The notes below the pieces were generated by a model that was given only the letters and a program-made list of their open reading frames with translations, was not told the DNA's origin and ran no database searches. A stretch of DNA of 38,485 nucleotides. Source: a virus. Its lineage: Duplodnaviria > Heunggongvirae > Uroviricota > Caudoviricetes. Shown here piece after piece: positions 17,524-27,300 of the stretch. The position numbers and the translations under genes are program-made. The stretch's first letter is position 1. Each line of letters begins with the position of its first letter. The stretch is taken from the IMG/VR virus record IMGVR_UViG_2911215477_000001, positions 1 through 38,485 of that record. One strand, given 5' to 3'.

Positions 17524-20500
17524 TCAACGAAGACCAAAGATGTAGCCCTGCACGAGGTTCACATGGAAGTTGCCATCACGGTTGCCGCCCGAGGTGGTGT
17601 GGACTCGGTAGGCTCGCGACCCGTTGATCATGTCGTCCGGGATCAGGAACGTGTTGACCGCACTGTTGCGGGAGCCCAGGTAGATGTTCACCTGGCGCAT
17701 GGGCACCCACGAGCTGCCCACCAGCTTCTCAATCGTCACCGTGCCGTTACAGGGGTCACTGCCGCTGTTGTACGAGTTCACTTCCATCATCACGACCGGA
17801 CGGTGCCATTCACCCGAACGAACCGGGTTGTCCAGCCAGAAGGCGTCAGTCGCACCACCGGACGCAGTGATGTCGCCCGACCAGCTGATGATGTTCGACG
17901 CCTGGAACTTGCCCGTGATCGAGCCAGCCGTCAGGTCGCCTCGGATGATGGCGTTGTTGAAGATGGCCGTGCCGTCCTTGCGGATCTGCCAACCATTGTT
18001 GCCGTCGTAGTTCCACGACTGGATCGTGTCACCGATCTTGGCGTTGGTAATCGTTCCGTCACGGATATAGGCGGCATCCATCCACACGCCACGGTAGTCA
18101 CCCGAGGTGATCACCTGGAATGGGAAGACGTTGGCGATACCCGGCGCACCCACGAGGAACTGGTCCGCACGGACGATGAACTGCGAAGTCGGGCCTGCAC
18201 CCGGCTTGCTAGTCACACCCAGGCCGAAACCTGCCACGTAGCCATTGACGTCGATACGCAGGCTGTACTGGCTCTGGAAGTCCGAGATCGACAGGCGCTG
18301 TTCGATAGCCTGGCGCACGGTGCCGCCCGCGTTGTAGGTGTCGTAGCTGAGCTGGTTGACCTGGCTCACCAGGTTGCCCGAGCCGGTGAACACGATGGAT
18401 TCCAGGTTCGTGATCTTGGCCTGAGCCTTGCCAGCTTCAGAGGTCGAGTCCGCGAACATCTGGCGTGCCCACTCCGTCACGAACTTGCCGTTCTGGAGGT
18501 CCGACACAGAGGTCTGGAGCGAACCAAGGTAGCTGGAGTTCGTGATGGTCGCGCCATCCTTGGTGCCCGTCACCTTCAGCGACAGCTGCTCCTGGCTCGT
18601 GATGGTCGCGTAGTTGTCCTTGACGAGCGCCTGGATGGTCTTGTCATAGGCGGCGACCGACGAGGACACCTTCTGACCAATGGTCGAGTCGTCGGTGACA
18701 GCGGAGCCGTCAGCCTTACCCACGATCTTGGCGATGATGTTGTTGCGGGAGGTCGCTTCAGCGCTGTCACCATCCGAGCGCGCCTTCTGCTCGTTCGTGA
18801 TCGCGGTTTCAGCCGCACCCATGCGGGTAGCCAGCTTGCCCACGTCCGACGAGATCGCCCCGTCAGCGTCCACACGAGCCTGCTTCTCGGACGAGATGCC
18901 CGCAGCCAGGTCGTCCGCCATCTTGGCAGCCAGCGTCGTGCGGGCAGTCGCTTCTGCAGAGTCAGCGTCAGCGCGAGCCTTCGACTCGGAAGCGATTCCA
19001 GCCTCAGCCTGCCCCATGCGCACAGCCATCGCGTCCATCGACTTGGCGAAGGCTTCGTCAGCAGCAGCGCGAGCCGTGCGCTCTTCCACGATGCCGGCAG
19101 CGATGTTCTCGTTCAGCTCGGCATAGAACGTGGTGATGCGCTGAGCCAGAGCCTCGTCTTCGCTCTGGCGCACATTCTCTTCCACGCTGATGCGCGTCTG
19201 GTGGTTGTCAGCCAGCGTCAGGAGACGCCAGGTCTCAGCGATGGTATCGACGAAGGTGGTCATATCCACCTTGCCGTTGAGGTCGCTGCCAGCCAGCAGA
19301 TCGAACAGCTGCGGGATCTGGTCGATGTTGGTGCGCAGCTCCTTGTCCAGCATGCCGGCGCTGACCTTCTCGCCGTTCTCCTCCATGATCTGCTGGATGG
19401 AGGTCTGGGCAGTGCCGATCACACCGTCCTTCGGGAACGGGTCGCCCTTGTTGCCAGCCGTGTCCTTCAGGCGGATCCAGTAACGGAACTGCCCTTCCCC
19501 ACGGTTCGTATGGGTGAACGAGAACGCGCTGACGGTATCCGCAAGGGTAGCGTCTGCGAAGCTCTTAGACGGCTCCTGGTCGATTCCGAGCGTGTAGTAG
19601 ATCTCGGTCTGCGCGACTCGCGTGGCGTCGCTCACAGCCCAGCTGAGACGACATGCGAACGGGAGCGTCGTGACATTCAGGTCGAGCGGGGTCACAGCTG
19701 CCGTGATAGCAGCCTTCACCTCGACCGTGACGGTCGGAGCCTTGGAGAACGGCGCACGGTTGCCCACGCGGTCGATAGCGACCACGCGCAGGCTGAAGAC
19801 GTCATCCTTCTCCGCTTCGAACGAATAGATGGTGTAGCCGGCAGTGACCTTGCCCACCGACTTCCACTCGTCGGCGTTCGGGTCCAGGCGGAACAGCTCA
19901 GCACCGTCGTAGTCGCCAGTCTTCGGGCGCTCCCAATGCACGTCCACGTAGAAGCGAGCCTTGATGTCGTCGTAGCTCACGTTCGGGGACGCGACCAGGT
20001 TCTCCACCTGACCGATGTAGAGGGGCACGCCGTCACCAGGCGGCTTGGGCGCGATCAAACCACTGGTGCTGTAGACCTCAGCGTTGTACTCCAGGGCCGT
20101 GATGCTGGCCGTTTCAGCGGTCGGACCACCATTGATGCCCGTCACACGGTAGAGGCGCTTCACAGCCTCCAGCGTGCCGAACAGGAAGTGGGTGCGGATC
20201 GGGGCGGACTGCAGCAGCTGGCTGAAATTGCCGTCCAGGTCCACGTAGTCCTGAACACCAGTCTTGGCGGGAGCCTTGACCGGCAGCTCCACCACTACGT
20301 CACCCGCCACGAGCTGCACGAAGGCGCTCGTGTTGACGTCAGAGGTGGACCAGGGGTCAACCCAAGCCAGTGCGGTGCCGTCGTCCTGCTCTTCCCACTG
20401 GTTGACGCGCATTTCCTTGTAGGACTTGCCGTCAGCACTGCGGACGCGGAGGAACTGGGCCGTCAACGGGCTCACCAGGCCACCCTTGAGCGCCTTGAAG

Positions 20501-22896
20501 CCGGACACGCGGATCCAGCCACCTGCCGGCGAGTAGGAACCCACTGCGCACGCGGAGCTGAACTGGTTCACTTCCCAGCTGGCTGCGAACAGCAGCACGG
20601 TCTGCTTGAGGCCCGCCTGGACAGTCACGTCCTGGTCGAGCAGCAGGTGGTTTGCCGTCGCATCAGCGATCAGGCGACCCGAGGCGACCGTCTTCTGGGC
20701 CAGGTGCTTGACCACGATGACGCTTCCCAGAGCACAGCCCAGAGAGTCGTATGCCGCACTGAACTCCACGGTGCGGGTGATCAGGCGGTTCATGTTGAGC
20801 TGGAGGTTCAGATCCTCCATCGCACGCTGACGGCTGGTGACGCCGATCATGTCGATGGACGCAACCACCTCACGGAACGGGACGCCGGCGATGTCGTCGG
20901 AGATCTTGATCGTGGACTTCTTGAAGTCGTCGTCGCGATCCCAGAAGGTGCCCTCGACTGCGTTCGCGCGGTCGGCAGTGCTGAGCCAGCTGACCTTGAG
21001 GCTGTCCTTCACGATGTTCGCTTCGGAGAACATCATCACGGGCTCATCAGCGCGCTCGATGACGACCGTGTAGCGCGTGCCCGTGCGGATAACCTGCGCA
21101 TGACCGCAGCGGGAGACCAGCTTGAGCGCTTCCCAGATGTTGCTGGCACTGTCGATGACGCCGTTGAACTCCAGGGGAGCCGGTGCCAGCGTGTCGCAGT
21201 AGTGCGCCCAATCCTTGAACGACTCCAGGTCGAGATCGTCAGCGGACACATCTGCGCCCAGGCGGTCGTCCAGGAGCATGTCCAAGCAGACCCACGCCGG
21301 GTTGCTGCTCGCACCGATCATCCACTGCTTCGTCGCACGATCCCAATAACGGATGCGGCGACCCTTGTTCAGGTAGGTGATGTTCGGGAGACCATTCAAC
21401 TGGTCGGACAGCTGCACACGCACAGCCACCAGGGCCGTGTTGTTGTAGGCGACCGATGCCGAGGTGATCTCACCGATGGCCTCGAAGTTCACTGCGTCGA
21501 TGCCCTTGTCATCGGCCAGCTTCGGGTTGGTGCGGCAGACAGCGACCTTGTAGTAGCCAGGCTTGAGCGGAGGCGTGTAGTAGCTGATGCGAGTCGGGTA
21601 GCGCGTGTTGGACGAGAACGTGACCTTGCCGTCCTGCGACTTCTGCGTGTAGACCGGATCCTGGATCACCTGGCCAACGATGTTGCCCTGGCTGTCCAGA
21701 ATGTCATCGCCGTCGATGGTCGAGTTTGCACGGAGCTTCTCGGCAATCTCGGCCTTCAGGGCATTGGAGATCTTCAGCCCAGTGTCGGGGGCAAAGGTCA
21801 GCTTGTCCCAGTAGTAGAACTTGTTCGTGTAGCCGGCGATCTCGTAGGTGCCGATGGTGTATTCCCACGCAGCGCCTGGTGCCGGGCTTCCGTCCGCATT
21901 GACGCGCATGTAGGCGATACGCAGGTCCACATTGGCCCACTGCGTCTTGCCCTTCTTGTCCACCGTCATCAGGCCCGTGGGTGCGGACATGTCGATGCGC
22001 AGACGGTCCACCGTGCCGCTCGTGAAGCGGACAAGGGGGCTCGTGCTCGGGTCGGCGTTGTAGACCGGAACTTCCGGGTTGCCGGTGTCGGTCGCCAGCT
22101 CGTTCGTCGAGAACCAGGGGATTACAGCCTGGTCTTCGTCGCCAAGGCGGATCTCCGTCTGGACGTTCTTGAAGGAATCGAGCGGCTGATCGTTGATGCG
22201 GATGTCTTCGATGCCCGCGACCGGGCCTTCACCCGCGTTCACGAGCATGTAGACGATCTGGGTCTTCTGCTGGTTTTCGGTGTGCAGGCCGATGATGTTG
22301 CCAGCCATGCGGAACTGGCCGTAACAAACGGGGATCGGCATGTCCTCGTTGGACGTGTTCACCGGACCCGACAGGCCATACGTGCTGCTCTCATCCGAGC
22401 CACCACCCAGCTTTGCCGTGGGCAGCGGGATCAGGGCGTTCACGAGCATCGAGCCTGCAATCACGATACCCGCTGCGAACGCGCCTGCGTAAGCACTGGA
22501 GCCCATGATCGTGGTGGACAGGGACGCACCCCAGCCAGCCGAGAAATACGTGATGACAGCCAGCGCAATGATGCGCAGGGCCATCTTGCCACCGTTGCCA
22601 CCGTGCATGACCGGGACGATCACCACGCTGTCGCCAGGGTTCAGCGAATAGCTGTCCCACAGCTCATCAGGCACAGCAGAACCGTTGACGCCCGCAACGA
22701 AGCGGCCATCAGGAATGAAGTCAGCGATTACCGCGCCTTCGCGGAACTCTTCCCAGCGCGCCTCTTTGATCTCAGGGGCGAGAGGGTTCCGAATTTCGAT
22801 GACGCGAATGTGGGTGTCGAACTTGTCAACCGACGAAATCGACGAACCCAGCGATACGGTGTTCCCAATCCCGGAACTTTTCCGAAGCAACTCCAA
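17524..22896 (-). CDS. Tail tip / host-specificity protein (gpJ-like, with fused gpI-like N-terminus)
   Basis: PVCYG, GEGPV, Phage-tail_3-like region, FN3-like repeats, coiled coil, and the DUF1983-like segment YVAGFGL..FIVRADQF..AAYIRDGTITNAKIG. Start uncertain; TTG at 22896 (GGAG 7 nt upstream) chosen. Confidence 0.9.
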   Translation of the reverse strand: MELLRKSSGIGNTVSLGSSISSVDKFDTHIRVIEIRNPLAPEIKEARWEEFREGAVIADFIPDGRFVAGVNGSAVPDELWDSYSLNPGDSVVIVPVMHGGNGGKMALRIIALAVITYFSAGWGASLSTTIMGSSAYAGAFAAGIVIAGSMLVNALIPLPTAKLGGGSDESSTYGLSGPVNTSNEDMPIPVCYGQFRMAGNIIGLHTENQQKTQIVYMLVNAGEGPVAGIEDIRINDQPLDSFKNVQTEIRLGDEDQAVIPWFSTNELATDTGNPEVPVYNADPSTSPLVRFTSGTVDRLRIDMSAPTGLMTVDKKGKTQWANVDLRIAYMRVNADGSPAPGAAWEYTIGTYEIAGYTNKFYYWDKLTFAPDTGLKISNALKAEIAEKLRANSTIDGDDILDSQGNIVGQVIQDPVYTQKSQDGKVTFSSNTRYPTRISYYTPPLKPGYYKVAVCRTNPKLADDKGIDAVNFEAIGEITSASVAYNNTALVAVRVQLSDQLNGLPNITYLNKGRRIRYWDRATKQWMIGASSNPAWVCLDMLLDDRLGADVSADDLDLESFKDWAHYCDTLAPAPLEFNGVIDSASNIWEALKLVSRCGHAQVIRTGTRYTVVIERADEPVMMFSEANIVKDSLKVSWLSTADRANAVEGTFWDRDDDFKKSTIKISDDIAGVPFREVVASIDMIGVTSRQRAMEDLNLQLNMNRLITRTVEFSAAYDSLGCALGSVIVVKHLAQKTVASGRLIADATANHLLLDQDVTVQAGLKQTVLLFAASWEVNQFSSACAVGSYSPAGGWIRVSGFKALKGGLVSPLTAQFLRVRSADGKSYKEMRVNQWEEQDDGTALAWVDPWSTSDVNTSAFVQLVAGDVVVELPVKAPAKTGVQDYVDLDGNFSQLLQSAPIRTHFLFGTLEAVKRLYRVTGINGGPTAETASITALEYNAEVYSTSGLIAPKPPGDGVPLYIGQVENLVASPNVSYDDIKARFYVDVHWERPKTGDYDGAELFRLDPNADEWKSVGKVTAGYTIYSFEAEKDDVFSLRVVAIDRVGNRAPFSKAPTVTVEVKAAITAAVTPLDLNVTTLPFACRLSWAVSDATRVAQTEIYYTLGIDQEPSKSFADATLADTVSAFSFTHTNRGEGQFRYWIRLKDTAGNKGDPFPKDGVIGTAQTSIQQIMEENGEKVSAGMLDKELRTNIDQIPQLFDLLAGSDLNGKVDMTTFVDTIAETWRLLTLADNHQTRISVEENVRQSEDEALAQRITTFYAELNENIAAGIVEERTARAAADEAFAKSMDAMAVRMGQAEAGIASESKARADADSAEATARTTLAAKMADDLAAGISSEKQARVDADGAISSDVGKLATRMGAAETAITNEQKARSDGDSAEATSRNNIIAKIVGKADGSAVTDDSTIGQKVSSSVAAYDKTIQALVKDNYATITSQEQLSLKVTGTKDGATITNSSYLGSLQTSVSDLQNGKFVTEWARQMFADSTSEAGKAQAKITNLESIVFTGSGNLVSQVNQLSYDTYNAGGTVRQAIEQRLSISDFQSQYSLRIDVNGYVAGFGLGVTSKPGAGPTSQFIVRADQFLVGAPGIANVFPFQVITSGDYRGVWMDAAYIRDGTITNAKIGDTIQSWNYDGNNGWQIRKDGTAIFNNAIIRGDLTAGSITGKFQASNIISWSGDITASGGATDAFWLDNPVRSGEWHRPVVMMEVNSYNSGSDPCNGTVTIEKLVGSSWVPMRQVNIYLGSRNSAVNTFLIPDDMINGSRAYRVHTTSGGNRDGNFHVNLVQGYIFGLR

Positions 22897-23200
22897 GGCC
22901 GTTCTCCATTGTGTGTACGAAGCGATCTTCCGTGATCGCAAAACCGACATGACAAACGTATCGGCCCATGCGGAATAGTACAGCAACGTGTGGCTGCCTC
23001 TCCACGGATTTCCACACCGAATCCCGCTGAATCAGCAGGTTCGATTCGTTTAGAAGTCCATTTGTGGAGCTGGTTACGTCCGGGATGATCACGCCCTTGC
23101 GTCGATACATCTCCATCAGCAAACCGTAGCAATCCATTCCGTTGTGGTCCCGCCCACCGTAGGCGAACGGGACGTCCAACAGATCGGCATACGCGATCAT
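22826..23200 (-). CDS. NlpC/P60 peptidase (gpK-like tail assembly protein)
   Basis: GGRD..GMDCYGL (catalytic Cys), HVG and VH. Located between the L-like and J-like genes. Confidence 0.9.
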   Translation of the reverse strand: MIAYADLLDVPFAYGGRDHNGMDCYGLLMEMYRRKGVIIPDVTSSTNGLLNESNLLIQRDSVWKSVERQPHVAVLFRMGRYVCHVGFAITEDRFVHTMENGLGVASEKFRDWEHRIAGFVDFVG

Positions 23201-23877
23201 CGGGTGCCTCGCGGCTTGATGCCTGGGAAGCCTCCGAAGTTGAGGTTGTTGTTATGCGCCTGGCAGCCGTTCGGGCCGACCAGGGTGTAGTCGCAGCTCG
23301 GCATGGTGCCGGCGTAGCGACAATACTTGTCCCTGTACTTGTGACCGCAGAAGTCCTTGCGCTGCTTGCGACGCGGGAACTCCATCGCGAGCATGTTGTT
23401 CGCGCCCAGGGTCCAGGAGATGTTGCGACCGTCCACCGAAGCGCCCGTGACGATGAACTTCTCCGTGGCTTCGAAGTTGGAGCCTTCGCCGTCCAGGATC
23501 ACGTACATCGTCACCAGGAAGCCCACACCACCCTGGAACTGGTCCAGCTGGTCGCGCACGAGTCCGGTGATGTCAGTGATGGTCAGCGTCACAGCCGACA
23601 CGTCGCCCTGGCTTTCCTTCACGGATAGGTCGAACCAGGCGGGCTGGTAATACTCGCCCCGGAAGGTCACGCCACCCGTCTGCAGGATGTCGTCATTGCC
23701 CGAGTCGTCCGACACGAGCTTGGTCGTGTGGACGATGCGGATCACGTCACCGCTCTGCTGCTGGGTGAAGCGGTCAACCGGCGTGACAGCCAGGAGCACC
23801 TGATAGACGCGCTCGCTGTCCAGCTGCGCGTTGTCGATCATCGCGGTTAGCGAGATGGTCTTCCCTACACGCATCAC
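23197..23877 (-). CDS. Minor tail protein, gpL-like (hub with Cys cluster)
   Basis: C-terminal FC..YR..YCRY..SCD..GC..NFGGFPG pattern typical of gpL-family Fe-S ligands, and expected position. Confidence 0.85.
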   Translation of the reverse strand: MMRVGKTISLTAMIDNAQLDSERVYQVLLAVTPVDRFTQQQSGDVIRIVHTTKLVSDDSGNDDILQTGGVTFRGEYYQPAWFDLSVKESQGDVSAVTLTITDITGLVRDQLDQFQGGVGFLVTMYVILDGEGSNFEATEKFIVTGASVDGRNISWTLGANNMLAMEFPRRKQRKDFCGHKYRDKYCRYAGTMPSCDYTLVGPNGCQAHNNNLNFGGFPGIKPRGTR

Positions 23878-24320
23878 ACTTCCTCCAACGTGATGCCCTG
23901 GACATCCCAGCGCAGGTTGGAGCCGAAGCCGACAGGCGTGAACTTCATCTGCTCGCCCGACTTGAAGCGCACGTACATCCGATACGGGGCCTTATCGACC
24001 GTCGCTTTCGGGTTCGTCTTCTGCGCGTTCCAGAGCGCGGCCTCGTACTTGTGCTTGTCGAGATAGATGAAGATCAGGGAACCGCCCCTGACGTCGTTCC
24101 AGAGCGTCTGGAGCGCATCTGCATCACTCGGAGACAAGTCAGTGAACCCCGTCGAGATCGTGCGACGGAGTTGCTTGCGGGCATGGCGAGGACGGCTAGC
24201 AACGTAGCCGCCCTCGAACTCAGTGGACTTACTCGGATCTTCGACCGTCACCGAGTAATACTTCCGGTCCTCGCGCTCGGCAAATGCCGTTACGCGGTCT
24301 TCCCAACGAATCGTGGCCAT
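23874..24320 (-). CDS. Distal tail protein (Dit / gpM-like)
   Basis: 148 aa directly after the tape measure gene. FEGGY..SRPR and terminal LEEV motifs. Confidence 0.75.
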   Translation of the reverse strand: MATIRWEDRVTAFAEREDRKYYSVTVEDPSKSTEFEGGYVASRPRHARKQLRRTISTGFTDLSPSDADALQTLWNDVRGGSLIFIYLDKHKYEAALWNAQKTNPKATVDKAPYRMYVRFKSGEQMKFTPVGFGSNLRWDVQGITLEEV

Positions 24321-24322
24321 CC

Positions 24323-27300
24323 TTACCTCACTGCGTTCCGCATTCCTTCGCGGAACGAACCTGCGCTGTTCATGGCTTCCAGAACCACGTCGAGCACCAT
24401 CTGTTTACCGTCGAAGCGACGGCTGCTTTCCTTTGCCTGCACCTGCTGGCCGGACTGGTTGATGACGTTCACCTGGACGTTCATCTCGGGCTGGGCGCTT
24501 CCTGCGCTACCGCCCTTCATCGTCACAGGGATCGTCCTGCCATCCGGAAGCGGGACATACGCTTCAGGGAGGCGACCTTCGCCATACAGAGCCAGCTGCG
24601 GCTTGTTGGCGATGCCACCCATCGAATACTTCTTCAGCGGGATCGAACCCTTCGGGCCGAACACGCCACCGTTCGCATGCTTCACGACGCCGCTGTTGGC
24701 ATCGGCTGCGAAGTCGAACGAGTAGCTGCCACCACCGTTGCCCGAACCCTGGACAGCCGTGGTCTTGCCCATCGTCATAAACGACTCAGCGATGCCGGCG
24801 ATTGCCTTCTGAAGCTGGATGCGAGCGATCTGCTTCAGGATGTCCGTCGCGAAGCTCTTGAACTGGAACTTGCCGGTCTCGACGAACGTCAGGGTGGCTT
24901 CCACGCCCGAGTTCATGGCATTGCCCCAGACATCAGCCATGCGCTCAGCCAAGTTCTGCCAGTCGTCCAGCTGTCGCTTCCACGACGCACGGGTGTCGAA
25001 CTCGTAGCGGTCGTTGATCGAGCGGATCGCCTCGTTGGACTTTTCCTCCAGGCGCACGCGCTCATCACCCGTCAGCTGGGTCGCGCTGACGCGCTCACGC
25101 AGGAGACGGATCTCCTCGTCAGCCTCGGCACGCTTGCGAGCGTTCGGGTTGGCGTTCATTGCCGCGCCGTTCTGGTTGATCGTCTTGACCAGATCCAGCT
25201 GCAGCTTGTTGGAGTCGATCTGAGCCTGGACCTGGCGCAAGTTGTCGAACTTGGCAGCCAGCTCGTCGGTCCACTTACCGTTGTTGCGGAGGGTCTGCTC
25301 CAGAACAGCCAGCTGACGATTGAGACCAACAGCGCCGGCAGCCTGACGACCGTAGAGATCGCCCGACAGCTGGTCCTTGCTGGCATCGAGGTCAGAGTTC
25401 AGACGCGCCTGGATGTCGTCGAGCTGGCCCGTAGCCTTCTCAACTTCAGCCAGCGACTTCTTCTGTGCCTTGAGCTTGACCTGGAGGTCTTCCAGCTGAG
25501 CGATGCCGGCTTCCATCTGCTGAACCCAGCCAGCCGTCTCGCCGCGCTTCTTGCCTGCTTCCAGCTCAGCCTTGAACTTGGCCAGCTCACCCTGCCCGCC
25601 CTTCAACTCGTCGGTCAGCTCCGCGATCTTGCCCTTCAGGGTCGCGAGTTCGTCCGCACGAGCGGGGCCGGTCTTCTTTTCCTTCTTGTAGGCGTCGAGC
25701 TTGCCCTGGTAGTCGGCCAGATCGTCGAATGCCTTCGACTGCTCCTGGAACTCCTTGTTGGTCGCCAGCTCGGACAGGAGAACCTTCTTCTCCTTGCCAG
25801 CAGCCTGGGCGAGACCCTCGATCCACTTTTCCTTGCGGTTGAGAGTCTTCTGGCGGGCATCCATGTCCCGCTCTTCCCACTTACGCTGGGCGTCGCTGCG
25901 CTCCTGCTCGACGTTGCCACCTTCCTTGTTGGCCTGGGCGGTTCCGGCAGAACGCAGGTTGAAGGTGTCCTTGAAGGCGTCGCCCAGCCCAAACAGGCCG
26001 CTTGCAGCCTGCTTCAGACCTTCCAGGCCCGACTTCGCACTGTTCGCCTTGTCGTAGATCCCGGACAGGTATTCCTGGATGCCGCCCTTACCCGACCAGG
26101 TGGTGCTCAGCACGAGACCCGAGTTGCGACCGATCTCCTGGTTGAGCTTCTCCAGTTCCGGCGTGAGCTTCTCGACCTTTTCCTTGGCCGCATCGTAGGT
26201 GCCAGTCATCTTGGCCCACTCAGCGCGCAGGCCCTGGAAGCCGTTCATCGCCTCAGCGCCGAGCATGCGGCTCATACCGCCGTACTGGCTCTCCTTGAGG
26301 GACGCCTCACCAGCGTTCCACTTGTTGATCTGCTCCTGGAGATCGGAAACCTCCTTGAGGCGGTCCTGAAGCTCCTTGGTTGCAGACGCACCCTTCTCGG
26401 CAGCGTCATTCACCGACATGCTGGTGGTCGCGCGCTGGAATTCCTTGTTTGCGGCTACCAGCTGCTCGCGCATGTCCTTGATCGACTGAACGGAGCCGGC
26501 GATCTCCTCCTTCATGGCCTTCGCCTTGGAGCGAGCATCCATGAACGCGAAGCCGACCGTGGTGACAGCCGTGATCAAGAGACCGATCGGTCCACCCACC
26601 AGACCCAGCGCGGTCGTGCCGATAGCCTTGATGCCCGTGCCGATCAGCTTGAACGCGCTCGATGCCTTGGCAGCTGCATTTGCAGCGGCGTTGGCAGCCA
26701 GCGAGGTCTCACGATGGTTCAGCTCGATACCCTTGAGGGCTCCTGCAGCCGCTCGGGTGCGAACGATTTCCTTCTCGGTGATCAGCAGCGTGCGAGCGGA
26801 GTTGAGGCGCTGAGCCTCCATCTCCTTCTCGATAGCCCACTGGTCGAGCAGCTTCTGGTTGTTGGCGATGCGACGCAGTGCGTCCTTCTCCGCACGAGCA
26901 GAGCCGGCAGCACGGGCAGCCTGGAGATCCATCTCAGCCTTGAGCTGGTCGCGATTGATCTCCTTGGTGATCCGGCCAATCTTCATCAGCTGGACGCTGG
27001 CCTGGTTGTACTCCTGCTGGATGCCTGCGGTGTTGCCACCGAAGATCGCGGAGAACTTGTCCACGCCTGCGTTCTTGGCCTGCTCGCGGGCGAGCTGCTG
27101 CTTCGCCTGGAGATCAGCCAGAGTCGCCTCAGCGGAGCGACGGTGAGCCGTTGCGATGTCAGCGGTCTGCTTCAACTCGACGGCGTTTGCACGCGCCTGG
27201 TCAGCGTTGTCGCGAGCCTGGCGTGCCTTGTCGATGTAGCTGTTCAGACCACCGGAGTAGTTGCCGTCAGAGCCGCGCTTGCCCACGACCAGGCCCGCAC

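Noticed and set aside
17563-22935. 1790-aa + strand ORF
   Set aside because: Antisense shadow of the J-like gene, lying almost wholly within it and in register with its codons.
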